From Burkholderiales bacterium (GTDB lineage: Bacteria; Pseudomonadota; Gammaproteobacteria; Burkholderiales; Usitatibacteraceae): a DNA stretch of 64,000 bases. The notes under the pieces were generated by a model. The model worked only from the letters and a program-made list of their open reading frames with translations, did not search any database and was not told where the DNA came from. Positions 38,935 through 49,492 of the stretch are shown here, piece by piece. The stretch's first letter is position 1. The number at the start of each line of letters is the position of its first letter. The stretch lies in contig JBBRQA010000001.1 in the NCBI GenBank assembly GCA_038227085.1, positions 1,090-65,089 on the forward strand, read 5' to 3'. The translations under genes were made by a program, and so were the position numbers.

Positions 38935-40188
38935 CTACGCGACAGCGATTTTCTTGCGCGCGTGCGCCGCGTCTGCCGCGTGCAGCGAGGCGTACGCCTG
39001 GTGCGCCGCCGCCTCCGCCTCGCCAACCTTGATCGGCAACCCCATGTCCATCAGCACCGAGCCCAGCGCCGACAGGCATAGCATCACGTTGTCGGGACGG
39101 CACGAGTAGCCCATCAGGCCGAAGCGCCAGATCTTGCCCTTGAGAGGGCCCAGGCCGGCGCCGATCTCGATGCTGAACTCATTCAAGAGCGTCTTCCTCA
39201 CCTGCTCTTCATCGACGCCCGACGGGCACAGCACCGCGTTCATCTGCGGCAGCTGGTACTGCTCGGCCACCAGGAACTTCAGCCCCATCGCCTCCAGGCC
39301 CGCCTTCAAGGCGAGGTGATGGCGGCGATGGCGCGCCCAGCAGGCCTCGAGGCCTTCTTCCTTGATGAGGAGGAGGGCCTCATGCAGCGCGAACAACGAA
39401 TTGGTCGGCGCGGTGTGGTGATAGGTGCGCGTGGTGGCGCCCCAGTAGCCCAGCAGCAGGTTCATGTCCATGAACCAGCTGTGGATCTTGTCCTTGCGCG
39501 CCTTCACGTGCTCGACCACCCGCTCCGAGAACGACACCGGCGACAGGCCCGGCGTGCACGACAGGCATTTCTGGCTTGCGGAGTAGACCGCGTCGATCCC
39601 CCAGTCGTCGACTCGCACCGGCGTGCCGGCCAGCGACGTCACCGCGTCCATGATGACGAGCGCCCCGTGCTTGTGGGCGATCTGCGCGAGGGCCTTGGCG
39701 TCGGACTGCGCGCCGGTGGAAGTCTCGGCGTGCACGAAGGCGAGGATCTTCGCGTCGGGATTCTTCTTGAAGGCGTCCTCGACCTTCTGCGGATCCACGG
39801 GCGCGCCCCAGTCGTCGTCGACCATCACCGCGGTGCCTCCGCAGCGCTCGACGTTCTCGAGCATGCGCCCGCCGAAGACGCCGTTCCTGCATACGGCCAC
39901 CTTGGTTCCGGGAGCCACCATGTTCACGAAGCAGTACTCCATCCCGACCGATCCCGGGCCCGACACCGGGAAGGTGAGCGGGTTGTCCGTCTGGTAGACG
40001 TAGCGCAGCAGCGACTTCAGCTCCTCCATCATCTCGACGAACACCGGGTCGAGGTAGCCGATGGCGGGCTGGCTCATCGTGGTGAGCACGCGCGGGTGGA
40101 TCTCGGTGGGGCCGGGGCCCATCAGCGTGCGCTGCGGCGGATGGAAGGACGTGATCTTCTTGGTGGCGTTGAGTTGCTTGAGAGTCAT
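38935..40188 (-). CDS. class V aminotransferase (alanine-glyoxylate / serine-pyruvate aminotransferase-like)
   Basis: MGPGPT...VSGPGS...; PLP-Lys context YSASQKCL; 417 aa. Confidence 0.85.
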   Translation of the reverse strand: MTLKQLNATKKITSFHPPQRTLMGPGPTEIHPRVLTTMSQPAIGYLDPVFVEMMEELKSLLRYVYQTDNPLTFPVSGPGSVGMEYCFVNMVAPGTKVAVCRNGVFGGRMLENVERCGGTAVMVDDDWGAPVDPQKVEDAFKKNPDAKILAFVHAETSTGAQSDAKALAQIAHKHGALVIMDAVTSLAGTPVRVDDWGIDAVYSASQKCLSCTPGLSPVSFSERVVEHVKARKDKIHSWFMDMNLLLGYWGATTRTYHHTAPTNSLFALHEALLLIKEEGLEACWARHRRHHLALKAGLEAMGLKFLVAEQYQLPQMNAVLCPSGVDEEQVRKTLLNEFSIEIGAGLGPLKGKIWRFGLMGYSCRPDNVMLCLSALGSVLMDMGLPIKVGEAEAAAHQAYASLHAADAAHARKKIAVA

Positions 40189-41027
40189 TTCGAAATCCGG
40201 ATCGGTATGGTCGTTGGTGCTTCAGGAGTCACCTGCAGGTTCGCGAAGTCGTGCAGCACGCGATCGAGCAAATGGGACGGGGTGACGCTCGAAAGCGCGT
40301 TGAAGATCGACTCCACGCGGCCGGGGTGCAGCTTTTCCCAGTCGCGCAGCATCGCCTTCACCTGCTTTCGTTGCAGCTGCTCCTGGGAGCCGCACAGGTC
40401 GCACGGGATGATCGGGAAGGCGCGCGCCTCGGCGTATGCGGCGAGGTCGCTTTCCTCCACGTAGGCGAGCGGCCGGATCACGACGTGCCTGCCATCATCG
40501 GAGATGAGCTTGGGCGGCATGGTCTTCAGCTTGCCGCCGTGGAACAGGTTGAGGAAGAAAGTCTCGAGGATGTCGTCGCGGTGGTGGCCCAGGGCGATCT
40601 TGTTGACGCCCAGCTCGCCCGCGGCCTTGTAGAGCGCGCCGCGACGCAGCCGCGAGCACAGGCCGCACATGGTCTTCCCCTCGGGGATCACGCGCTTCAC
40701 GACGCTGTAGGTATCCTGCACCACGATGCGATAGGGCACGCCGGCCGCCTCGAGGTATTCGGGCAGCACGTGCTCCGGAAACCCCGGATGGCGCTGGTCG
40801 AGGTTCACCGCGACCAGCTCGAAGGGCACCGGCGACTTCTCGCGAAGGCGCATCAGCACGTCGAGCATCGCGTAGCTGTCCTTCCCCCCGGACAGGCACA
40901 CCATGACCTTGTCGCCCGCCTCGATCATCGAGAAATCCGCGATCGCCTGTCCCACCAGGCGGCGCAGGCGCTTGGCGAGCTTGGCGCCCTCGAAATCGGT
41001 CTTGCGGGTGTCGAGCGTCGTGCTCAC
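40185..41027 (-). CDS. ttcA: tRNA 2-thiocytidine(32) synthetase TtcA
   Basis: PP-loop [19 protein letters not shown] and C-terminal PCDLCGSQ. Confidence 0.93.
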   Translation of the reverse strand: MSTTLDTRKTDFEGAKLAKRLRRLVGQAIADFSMIEAGDKVMVCLSGGKDSYAMLDVLMRLREKSPVPFELVAVNLDQRHPGFPEHVLPEYLEAAGVPYRIVVQDTYSVVKRVIPEGKTMCGLCSRLRRGALYKAAGELGVNKIALGHHRDDILETFFLNLFHGGKLKTMPPKLISDDGRHVVIRPLAYVEESDLAAYAEARAFPIIPCDLCGSQEQLQRKQVKAMLRDWEKLHPGRVESIFNALSSVTPSHLLDRVLHDFANLQVTPEAPTTIPIRISK

Positions 41028-41033
41028 GGGGGC

Positions 41034-41774
41034 CTAGAGGTGGATGCCGCGCCCCCCATCGACGGCGAGGATCTGGCCGGTGACGAAGGGGGCGTCGAAG
41101 AGGAGGTATTTTACCGCGCCCGCGACGTCCTCCGGGCTGCCGATGCGCCCGAGTGGGGTCTGCGCGGCGATGCGCCCCCGTTCCGAGGCGTCGAAGTGCG
41201 CGCCCCCGTCGGGCCACAGGATGGCGCCAGGGGACACGCCGTTCACGCGCACCTCGGGCCCCAGCTCGAGCGCGAGGGAGCGCGTGAGCCCTGCCAGCCC
41301 CGCCTTGGCGATCGAATACACGACGAAGTTCTTCAGCGGGCGCTCGGCGTGGATGTCCACCACGTTCACGATGGCGCCGCGCGACTCGCGCAGTCGGGGC
41401 GCGGCGGCCTGCGCGAGGAAGAGGGGCGCGCGCAGGTTGGTGCCGATCAGGTCGTCCCAGGCCTCCGCCCCTATGCTCCCGAAGGGCGTCGCGTGGAACG
41501 ACGAGGCGTTGTTCACCAGCGCGTCGAGCCGCCCGAAGGCGCTCGCCGCTTCCTCGACGATGCGGGGCAGGCCCGCCACGTCGAGGAGATCCCCCTGGAC
41601 CAAGGCGCAGGAGCCGGCGCGGATCGCGTTCAGCTCGGCGGCGAGGCTTTCGGCCTCGACGCGCGAGCGGTGGCAGTGCAGCGCCACGCGCGCGCCGGCG
41701 CCATGCAGCGCGCGCGCGATCGCCGCGCCGATGCGCCGCGCCGCTCCGGTGACGAGGACCGCGCTATCCTGCAT
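41034..41774 (-). CDS. short-chain dehydrogenase/reductase, pteridine reductase (FolM)-like
   Basis: TGAARRIG, NNAS and YSIAKAG catalytic motifs. 246 aa. Confidence 0.8.
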   Translation of the reverse strand: MQDSAVLVTGAARRIGAAIARALHGAGARVALHCHRSRVEAESLAAELNAIRAGSCALVQGDLLDVAGLPRIVEEAASAFGRLDALVNNASSFHATPFGSIGAEAWDDLIGTNLRAPLFLAQAAAPRLRESRGAIVNVVDIHAERPLKNFVVYSIAKAGLAGLTRSLALELGPEVRVNGVSPGAILWPDGGAHFDASERGRIAAQTPLGRIGSPEDVAGAVKYLLFDAPFVTGQILAVDGGRGIHL

Positions 41775-41827
41775 GCTATATTCCGCCGCACTCGAAAAAG
41801 AACCTCGAAGTGTAGCCCAAGGTCTCC

Positions 41828-42997
41828 ATGCCGCAGCCCTCCGAATCCGTCCTTCCCCCGTCCACGCCGGACGCTTCGGTCCACTCGCGGGAGCTCGCGG
41901 AGCACATCGCCAACACGATCGTGGGCGAAGGCGAGTGGATCCCGTTCTCGCGCTACATGGAGCTCGCGTTGTACGCGCCGGGCCTGGGCTACTATGCGGC
42001 GGGCGCGCGCAAGTTCGGCTCCGACGGCGACTTCGTCACCTCGCCCGAGATCTCGCCGATGTTCGCCAACTGCTTCGCGTTGCAGGCGGCCCAGGTGCTG
42101 GAGGCGGTGGGCGGGGACGTTCTCGAGCTGGGCCCGGGCTCGGGGGTCTTCGCCGCGGACCTCTTCAAGGCGTTGAAGGAGATGGGCTCGTTGCCGCAGC
42201 GCTACCTGCTCCTCGAAGTGAGCCCGGACCTGCGCGAGCGCCAGCGCGCCCTCCTCGCCGAGCGCTTTCCCGACGACATGGCGCGCTTCGCCTGGATCGA
42301 CCGCCTGCCGGACAAGTTGCGCGGCATCGTGATCGCCAACGAGGTGCTGGACGTGGTGCCGTGCTCCCTCGTGCATCGGGTCGGCGACAACTACTTCGAG
42401 ACGGGCGTGATCCTCACCGAGGCGGGCTTCGCCTTCGAGGACCAGCACCTTCGCGACGGCGAGCTGAAGCGCCGCGCCGAGAGCGCCTTCCCGCCCGGCG
42501 ACCACGACTATCTCTCGGAAGTGAATTTCGCCGCGGAGGCGCTGGTGCGCACCATCGCCGCCACGCTCGAGGCGGGGGTCGCGATCTTCGTCGACTACGG
42601 CTTTCCCGAGCGCGAGTACTACCATTCGCAGCGCTCCATGGGCACATTGCGCTGCCATTACCGCCATCGCGTGCATGGCGACCCGTTCTTCATGCCCGGC
42701 CTGCAGGACATCACCGCGCACGTCGACTTCAGCGCCATGGCTCGCGCCGCGGAGCAGGGCGGCGCGGAAGTCTACGGGTTCACGACCCAGGCCTACTTCC
42801 TCATCTCGTGCGGGCTCGCGGTGCTGGTGTCCGCGGGTGATCCCACCATGACTCTGTCCCGGTTGAAGGGCACGAGCGCCGTGCATCGCCTGATCGGCCC
42901 TTCCGAGATGGGCGAGCTGTTCAAGGTGCTTGGCTTCGGAAAGGGCATCGACGTTCCGATCCTCGGCTTCCAGTCGGCGCGCCACCTGCAACTCTAG
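41828..42997 (+). CDS. class I SAM-dependent methyltransferase, DUF185/NDUFAF7-like
   Basis: GDFVTSPEISPMF, ELGPGSG and ANEVLD motifs. Confidence 0.8.
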   Translation: MPQPSESVLPPSTPDASVHSRELAEHIANTIVGEGEWIPFSRYMELALYAPGLGYYAAGARKFGSDGDFVTSPEISPMFANCFALQAAQVLEAVGGDVLELGPGSGVFAADLFKALKEMGSLPQRYLLLEVSPDLRERQRALLAERFPDDMARFAWIDRLPDKLRGIVIANEVLDVVPCSLVHRVGDNYFETGVILTEAGFAFEDQHLRDGELKRRAESAFPPGDHDYLSEVNFAAEALVRTIAATLEAGVAIFVDYGFPEREYYHSQRSMGTLRCHYRHRVHGDPFFMPGLQDITAHVDFSAMARAAEQGGAEVYGFTTQAYFLISCGLAVLVSAGDPTMTLSRLKGTSAVHRLIGPSEMGELFKVLGFGKGIDVPILGFQSARHLQL

Positions 42998-43208
42998 CCC
43001 TTCATAGTCGTCCGTGGTCCCGCGTTGGGTGGACCGCGACGACATCCATAAACGCGGGCGAAACCGGCCCCGAAGCGAACGAGTCCGGCGGGCCCGCTCG
43101 CTCCCTCCCGCGCCGGCTTCGCGGGCCGAATCGGCGGTTTCGTCGCAATCCCTTCCGACGCCGCGCGAATTCTCTAAGTTGGGCTTCGTTGCGTCCAGAG
43201 AGAGACCG

Positions 43209-44012
43209 ATGAAAGCGACACTGAAGGCAATAGCCCTCCGCTCGGCTGCATGCATATTCCTGCTCCGGGTTTCCTCAATGCCGGCCGGTGCTGCGAACAC
43301 TTGGGGCATGGATGTCAGTGATATGTGGTGGAACCCATCCGAGAGCGGATGGGGCGCGAACATTGCGCACCAAGGCGAGATTGTCTTTCTATCCCTCTAT
43401 GTCTATGGCGTGGATAGCAAGGTCAAATGGTATGTTGGCCCGTCGCTCGCCTCGCAGGGAGGCAACAATGCATACACGTTCACGGGCTCCGTTTACGAGA
43501 CGACCGGGCCTTATCTGGGAGGGCCGTTCAATCCAACGAACGTCGGGATTCGACAGGTGGGGGCTGCCACGATCACCTTCGACGGAGTCAACCACGCGAA
43601 CTTGAATTACAGCGTTGACGGCGCGAACGTTTTCAAATCCCTTGAACGGCAAACGTTCAGGAGCAATAACCTTTCTGGTTCCTACTCGGGAGCAGAGCTC
43701 TATACGGAAACAGGATGCAGCGTCAATTCTGGAACGTATGCCAATTTCGCTCAATTCGTAATCAATCAGACAGGCTCAAACGTTTCCATTGCCGCTTCAG
43801 CAAGCTACGGCCCCCTGTGCACGTATTCTGGGACCTATGTGCAGGAGGGGCGAATGGGAAGCATTGTTGGCTTCTTCACTTGCGCGAGTGGCGCGGGCGG
43901 GACCTACCGGGCGTATGAGATCGAAGCCGGCCATCAAGGATTCGTCCTCAGATATACCGCTGACTATGGGGACGATTGTACCGAGGCAGGCCGCATGGGT
44001 GGAATCAAGTAA
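43209..44012 (+). CDS. secreted hypothetical protein, lower GC than its surroundings
   Basis: Signal peptide. The N-terminal half carries WWNPSESGWG...YETTGPYLGGPF. The C-terminal half has 4 Cys. A/T-ending codons are visibly enriched. Confidence 0.7.
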   Translation: MKATLKAIALRSAACIFLLRVSSMPAGAANTWGMDVSDMWWNPSESGWGANIAHQGEIVFLSLYVYGVDSKVKWYVGPSLASQGGNNAYTFTGSVYETTGPYLGGPFNPTNVGIRQVGAATITFDGVNHANLNYSVDGANVFKSLERQTFRSNNLSGSYSGAELYTETGCSVNSGTYANFAQFVINQTGSNVSIAASASYGPLCTYSGTYVQEGRMGSIVGFFTCASGAGGTYRAYEIEAGHQGFVLRYTADYGDDCTEAGRMGGIK

Positions 44013-44053
44013 CGGCAACTCGCCTCAGGCCAGGAGAGATCCATGGACGCGCC

Positions 44054-45472
44054 TCAACCCTTCAGGGCGGCGAGTACCTCGTCGAGCATCTTCTTCGCGT
44101 CGCCGAACAGCATCCGGTTGTTCTCCTTGTAGAAGAGCGGATTGTCCACGCCGGCGTAGCCCGAGGCCATGCTGCGCTTCATCACGATGGAGTTGCGCGC
44201 CTTCCACACTTCCAGCACCGGCATGCCGGCGATCGGGCTCGAGGGATCGTCCTGCGCACTCGGATTCACGATGTCGTTGGCTCCGATCACCATGGCGACG
44301 TCGGTGTCCGGGAAGTCGGCGTTGATCTCGTCCATCTCCATCACGATGTCGTACGGCACCTTCGCCTCGGCGAGCAGCACGTTCATGTGGCCCGGCATGC
44401 GGCCGGCGACCGGATGGATGCCGAAGCGCACCGTCTTGCCCATCTCACGCAGGCGCCTGGTGATTTCGAACACCGTGTGCTGCGCCTGCGCGACCGCCAT
44501 GCCGTAGCCGGGCACGATGATCACGCTCTTGGCTTCCTTGAGGAGGTCTGCGGTCTCCTGCGCGCTTACCGAGATCACTTCGCCCGCGGGTTGCGCCGCC
44601 GCCGCCGCACCTTTCGGGGCCGGTGCGCCGCCGCCGAATCCGCCCGCGATCACGCTGAGGAAGTTGCGGTTCATCGCGCGGCACATGATGTAGGAGAGGA
44701 TCGCGCCGGAGGAGCCCACCAGCGCCCCGGTGACGATCAGCAAATCGTTCGAGAGCATGAACCCTGTCGCGGCCGCCGCCCATCCCGAGTAGCTGTTGAG
44801 CATCGAGACGACCACCGGCATGTCCGCGCCGCCGATCGCCATCACCATGTGCACCCCGAAAAGGAGCGCGATCACGGTCATCACGACGAGCGGCATCATG
44901 CCCTGCTCGATGGAATGCGTCCGCAGGAACTGGTAGCCGAACCAAAGCACCACCAGGAGCCCGACGAGGTTGAGCCAGTGCCGCGCCGGCAGCAGCAGGG
45001 GCTTGCCTCCGATGCGCCCTGAAAGCTTGCCGAACGCGATCACCGATCCGGACAGCGTCACCGCGCCGATCAACACGCCGACGTAGATCTCGCCGTGGTG
45101 GATGGCGGCCTCCGCGGCCGACATGCCGGCTGCCGCCGAGGGATCGATGTAGCTCGCATATCCCACGATCACGGCGACCAGGCCCACGAGGCTGTGCATG
45201 AACGCGACCAGCTCGGGCATCTGCGTCATCTTCACGGTGCGCGCGAGATACAAACCGATCGCCCCGCCGATCACCAGCGCGATCGCGACCCAGGCGATGC
45301 CGCCCGAAGTGACGCGCGGGCCGAGCACGGTGGCGAGCACGGCGATCGCCATGCCGATCATCCCGTACAGGTTTCCACGCCGTGAAGACTCGGGATTGGA
45401 GAGCCCCCCGAGGCTCAGGATGAACAGGATGGTCGCGGCGATGTAGGAGACGGCAGCCAGGCTTGCGGACAT
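44054..45472 (-). CDS. pntB: NAD(P) transhydrogenase subunit beta
   Basis: N-terminal TM bundle and a C-terminal dIII domain ([13 protein letters not shown]...[18 protein letters not shown]...GANDIVNP). Confidence 0.95.
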   Translation of the reverse strand: MSASLAAVSYIAATILFILSLGGLSNPESSRRGNLYGMIGMAIAVLATVLGPRVTSGGIAWVAIALVIGGAIGLYLARTVKMTQMPELVAFMHSLVGLVAVIVGYASYIDPSAAAGMSAAEAAIHHGEIYVGVLIGAVTLSGSVIAFGKLSGRIGGKPLLLPARHWLNLVGLLVVLWFGYQFLRTHSIEQGMMPLVVMTVIALLFGVHMVMAIGGADMPVVVSMLNSYSGWAAAATGFMLSNDLLIVTGALVGSSGAILSYIMCRAMNRNFLSVIAGGFGGGAPAPKGAAAAAQPAGEVISVSAQETADLLKEAKSVIIVPGYGMAVAQAQHTVFEITRRLREMGKTVRFGIHPVAGRMPGHMNVLLAEAKVPYDIVMEMDEINADFPDTDVAMVIGANDIVNPSAQDDPSSPIAGMPVLEVWKARNSIVMKRSMASGYAGVDNPLFYKENNRMLFGDAKKMLDEVLAALKG

Positions 45473-45483
45473 GGTGTCGGCCC

Positions 45484-47085
45484 CTATTTGCGGAACATGG
45501 AAAGCATGCGCTGCGTGACCGCGAACCCGCCGAACATATTGATCGCGGTGAGCGCGATGCCCGCGACCGCGAGCCAGCGGATCAGCTCGTCGGGGCGGGC
45601 CGCCTCGCCCGCCATCGCTGCGCTCGCCGGAGGGGCGATCTGCACCAGCGCGCCGATGATGATGATGCTGCTGATGGCGTTGGTCACGCTCATGAGCGGT
45701 GTGTGCAGCGCGGGCGTCACGTTCCACACCACCATGTAGCCCACGAAGCACGCGAGCACGAACACGGTGAAATGCCCGAGGAAGGCGGGCGGCGCGTAGA
45801 GGCCGATCAACACGAAGAGGAGCGCCGCCGCGGCGAACAGCATCACCAGCGACTTCGCTGCCATCGGCTCGCCACTGCCGTGGCCATGCCCCTTCTTCCC
45901 GGCGGCGACGATGGCGGGCGCGGCGGGCGCCTTGGCCGCGGGCGCCGCGGAAAGTTTCGGCGCCGGTGGCGGCCACGTCACCGTGCCATCCTTGATCACG
46001 GTGGTGCCGCGAATGACTTCGTCGTCCATGTTGACGTCGTAGACGCCGTCCTTCGCCTTGGTGAGATCCTCGGAGAGGCGGAAGAGGTTGGTCGCGTAGA
46101 GCGTGCTCGACTGGGTCGCGAGCCGACTCGGCAGGTCCGTGTACCCGATGATGATGACGCCGTGCTTCGTCACGACCTTGCCCGGCTCGGTGAGCTCGCA
46201 GTTGCCGCCCTGCTCCGCGGCCATGTCGACGATGACGCTGCCCGGCTTCATCGACCGCACCATCTCCGCGGTGATGAGCTTGGGAGCGGGCTTGCCGGGG
46301 ATGAGGGCGGTCGTGATGATGATGTCGACTTCCTTCGCCTGCTTCGCGAAGGTCTCGCGCTGCGCCTTCTGAAAGCCCTCGCTCATCACCTTGGCGTAGC
46401 CGCCCACGCCGGTGCCTTCCTCCACGTAGTCGACGGGCACGTATTCGCCGCCGAGCGACTTGATCTGGTCCGCGACCTCGGGACGCGTGTCGTTGGCGCG
46501 CACGATGGCGCCCAGGCTCGAGGCCGCCCCGATCGCCGCGAGGCCCGCGACGCCCGCGCCGATCACGAATACCTTCGCCGGAGGCACCTTGCCGGCCGCC
46601 GTGATCTGGCCGGTGAAGAAGCGCCCGAACTCGTGCGCCGCCTCGATCACCGCGCGATATCCGCCGATGTTGGCCATCGACGAGAGGGCGTCCATCTTCT
46701 GGGCGCGCGACATGCGCGGCACGCTGTCCATCGCGAGGACCGTCACCTTCTTCGCGGCGAGGCTCTGCAGCAGCTCGGGGTTCTGCGCCGGCCAGATGAA
46801 GCTCACCAGGACTTGGCCCGCGCGCATGGCCGCCACCTCGTCGCGGCTCGGTGCGCGGACCTTGAAGACGATGTCGGCACCGGACCAGAGCGCCGCGGCG
46901 TCGGGGACCACGCGGGCGCCGGCATCGGTATAGGCCTGGTCGCCGATGCTCGCCGCGTCACCCGCGCCCGATTGCACGATGACGCTGAAGCCCAGCTTCG
47001 CGAGCTTGGGCACCACCTCGGGAACCGTCGCGACGCGCTTCTCCCCGGGGAAGGTCTCCTTGGGAACGCCGATCACCTGTGCCAT
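45484..47085 (-). CDS. pntA: NAD(P) transhydrogenase subunit alpha (dI + dII-alpha fused)
   Basis: IGVPKE...; NAD site [12 protein letters not shown]; Pro/Ala linker; C-terminal TM helices. Confidence 0.95.
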   Translation of the reverse strand: MAQVIGVPKETFPGEKRVATVPEVVPKLAKLGFSVIVQSGAGDAASIGDQAYTDAGARVVPDAAALWSGADIVFKVRAPSRDEVAAMRAGQVLVSFIWPAQNPELLQSLAAKKVTVLAMDSVPRMSRAQKMDALSSMANIGGYRAVIEAAHEFGRFFTGQITAAGKVPPAKVFVIGAGVAGLAAIGAASSLGAIVRANDTRPEVADQIKSLGGEYVPVDYVEEGTGVGGYAKVMSEGFQKAQRETFAKQAKEVDIIITTALIPGKPAPKLITAEMVRSMKPGSVIVDMAAEQGGNCELTEPGKVVTKHGVIIIGYTDLPSRLATQSSTLYATNLFRLSEDLTKAKDGVYDVNMDDEVIRGTTVIKDGTVTWPPPAPKLSAAPAAKAPAAPAIVAAGKKGHGHGSGEPMAAKSLVMLFAAAALLFVLIGLYAPPAFLGHFTVFVLACFVGYMVVWNVTPALHTPLMSVTNAISSIIIIGALVQIAPPASAAMAGEAARPDELIRWLAVAGIALTAINMFGGFAVTQRMLSMFRK

Positions 47086-47187
47086 GCATGGCCTCGCTCG
47101 TTGAAGTCGGGACGATTCTACTTCCTTCGCCCCATCGGGTATTCTTGCGGCGACATCATCAAGAAAATCCCAGGGGAGAAATCGACC

Positions 47188-48153
47188 ATGAAGCGTTTCG
47201 CCACGGCGCTCGCCGCCGTCATCGCCGCATTCGGCCTCGCGACGGCCGGCGCCGAGGACAAGAAGCAGATCTCGATCGGCACCGGCGGCACCGGCGGTGT
47301 CTACTACATCCTCGGCGGCGGCTTCGCGGCGCTCCTATCCAAATACATTCCGGGCCTGGACGCGACCGCCGAAGTCACCGCGGGCTCGATCGCCAACCTG
47401 CAGCTGATCGGTGGCGGCAAGTCCGAAGTGGGCTTCACCATGGCCGACGCGGCGTGGGACGCGAACAACGGGCTCGACAAGTTCAAGGACCACAAGGTCG
47501 CGCTGCGCACGCTCGCCGTGTTCTATCCGAATCGCATGCACGTCGTCACGGTCGAGGGCAAGGGGATCAACACCTTCAAGGACCTGAAGGGCAAGCGCGT
47601 CTCCACCGGCGCGCCCGCGAGCGGCACCGAGATCACCGCGATGCGCCTGATCGAAGCCTTCGGCCTGGACCCCAACAAGGACATGACACGCGAGCGCCTC
47701 TCCGTGGCCGAGAGCGTGTCGGCGCTGAAGGACGGCAAGATCGACGCGCTCTTCTGGGTGGGCGGGGTGCCCACGCCGTCGATCTCAGACCTCGCCGCCA
47801 CGCCGGGCCAGAAGATCCGGCTCATCGACCACGGTGACGGCGTCGAGAACATGCGCAAGAAGTTCGGCCCGCTCTACGTGAAGAACCGCATCCTCGCCAA
47901 CGCCTATCCGGGCGAGACGCGCGAGACCACCAACCTCGACGTCTGGAACCTGCTGGTGGTCCCGGAGAACGCCGACGAGAAGCTGGTCTACGAGATCACC
48001 AAGGTCCTCTTCGAGAAGAAGGACGAGCTGGTGAGGGTGCACAAGGATGCCGGCTTCCTCGAGCTCGCCAACCAGGCGACCGGCGCCTCGCCGATCCCGT
48101 TCCACCCGGGGGCGGCGCGGTACCTCAAGGAGAAAGGCATCACGGTCAAGTAG
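47188..48153 (+). CDS. TAXI-family TRAP transporter solute-binding protein (no adjacent permease)
   Basis: Signal peptide, then [11 protein letters not shown]...[10 protein letters not shown]...[12 protein letters not shown]... Confidence 0.85.
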   Translation: MKRFATALAAVIAAFGLATAGAEDKKQISIGTGGTGGVYYILGGGFAALLSKYIPGLDATAEVTAGSIANLQLIGGGKSEVGFTMADAAWDANNGLDKFKDHKVALRTLAVFYPNRMHVVTVEGKGINTFKDLKGKRVSTGAPASGTEITAMRLIEAFGLDPNKDMTRERLSVAESVSALKDGKIDALFWVGGVPTPSISDLAATPGQKIRLIDHGDGVENMRKKFGPLYVKNRILANAYPGETRETTNLDVWNLLVVPENADEKLVYEITKVLFEKKDELVRVHKDAGFLELANQATGASPIPFHPGAARYLKEKGITVK

Positions 48154-48171
48154 GCCTGACCCTTGTTCCGG

Positions 48172-48336
48172 CTATCGCCTCATTGAAGTGGGGGTGAAGC
48201 TCGGGCCGGCGCGATCGTTCCTGGAGACGGGAGGGAGGTCGCTGCAAAAATTGCGCTCCAACGGACGGCGTCTTCTCCCGATCGACCGGAAGGGAGGCGC
48301 GCCTCTCGAGCTTCACCCCTACACTTCAATGAGGCG
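48172..48336. repeat. MITE-like repeat unit A3 (CGCCTCATTGAAGTG-type arms)
   Basis: CTATCGCCTCATTGAAGTGGGGGTGAAGCTCG...CGAGCTTCACCCCTACACTTCAATGAGGCG. Reverse complement of unit A2. Confidence 0.85.
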
Positions 48337-48546
48337 TCCCAGGCCCGTTCCGGTGCCCCTGCAACCGTTTCCGTCGGCCGAGCACCTGGTCCTCTATGGG
48401 ATTCGGCTTGATGCTCCTCGCATCGCCGCTCTCTAGGCCACAGGCAGCCCCCTTACGCGGGCTGCACATCAATCGCGTCGCGCATCGCCGGTTCTCTGGC
48501 GAGTTCATTCGAAGCTTGGGGAGATAACCGCGAGGTGCGCGCAGAG
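48337..48546. repeat. repeat segment B2 (reverse orientation of B1, longer)
   Basis: Its reverse complement aligns in blocks with 38612-38765. Confidence 0.65.
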
Positions 48547-48706
48547 CCATCCATCGCGCTCTTGGGATGAAGTCGAGAGGCGCGCGTCACTTCCGGTCGA
48601 TCGGGAGAAGCTGCCAACAATTGGAGCGCAATTCTTGCAGCGACTTCCCTCCCGTCTCCAGGAACGATCGCGCCGACTCGATCTTCATCCCGAGCCCGAT
48701 GGATGG
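48547..48706. repeat. MITE-like repeat unit A4 (CCATCCATCG-type arms)
   Basis: The reverse complement aligns along its length with A1. It has a 1 nt deletion in the CTCGAGCTTCATCCC arm. Confidence 0.85.
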
Positions 48707-48754
48707 CCCAAGTCCTTGATGAGGCGGTTGTTTTCTGACGCGGGATATGCATGT

Positions 48755-48822
48755 TGCAGTGCAGCAAATAATCCTTGACTCTAGGGCTATTCAGCCTAAA
48801 ATGGTGATTGTGCAGTGCAGCA
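48755..48822 (+). promoter_or_regulatory. phasin promoter (TTGACT-N16-TAAAAT) flanked by two identical TGCAGTGCAGCA boxes (putative PhaR operators)
   Basis: 12-mers at 48755-48766 and 48811-48822. The -35 lies at 48775-48780 and the -10 at 48797-48802. Confidence 0.55.
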
Positions 48823-48855
48823 TTAGTAGCTCAACCAACCATAAGGATGCCCATC

Positions 48856-49401
48856 ATGTTCAAAATCGATCAGTTCAGCGCCGCCAATGAGGCAGCCATC
48901 AACCAGTTCTCGTACTTCGCGCAACTCTCCCTCGCCAACGTCGAGCGTTTCACCGAGCTTTCCCTGGGTGCCGCGCGCGACTCCGTGGAGCAGGTCGCCG
49001 CCCACGCGCAGCAACTCGCCGGCGCGAAAGACGTGCACGAAGTCATCGCCCTCAACTCCGCCGCCCTCGAGCCGGTCATGAAGCGCGCCTACGCGTACTC
49101 GCGCACCGCCTATGACACCGCCGCCGAGACCAACACCGAAGTCAAGCGCGTGTTCGAGAAGCAAGCGGCCGAGTACAACAAAGCCGCGGTCGCCGCCCTC
49201 GAAGAGGCCTTCAAGTACGCGCCGGCCGGTTCGGAGTCCGTAGTCGACAACGTGAAGACCGCGATCGCCGCCGCGCAGAGCGCCTACAACAACCTCGCCG
49301 CGATCAACAAGCAGGTCTATGACACCGTCGAGAAGTCGGTTGAGCAGAACATGGCGACCGTCAAGTCCGCGACCAGCAAGGCGAAGGCCAAGAAGCGCTA
49401 G
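48856..49401 (+). CDS. phaP: phasin family protein (PHA granule-associated)
   Basis: MFKIDQFSAANEAAINQ...: Ala-rich, all-helical, with a Lys-rich C-terminus. AAGGA SD lies 8 nt upstream. Confidence 0.85.
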   Translation: MFKIDQFSAANEAAINQFSYFAQLSLANVERFTELSLGAARDSVEQVAAHAQQLAGAKDVHEVIALNSAALEPVMKRAYAYSRTAYDTAAETNTEVKRVFEKQAAEYNKAAVAALEEAFKYAPAGSESVVDNVKTAIAAAQSAYNNLAAINKQVYDTVEKSVEQNMATVKSATSKAKAKKR

Positions 49402-49448
49402 GGAATGCCGGCCCACGGGCCGGAAGTCTTACCCCAGTTGGAATTGCG

Positions 49449-49473
49449 CCCCCGGATCCCGGGGGTTTTTTTT
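49449..49473 (+). terminator. Rho-independent terminator downstream of the phasin gene
   Basis: CCCCCGG-ATC-CCGGGGG hairpin followed by T8. Confidence 0.85.
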
Positions 49474-49492
49474 CGCCCCGCGCGGCGTGCGG

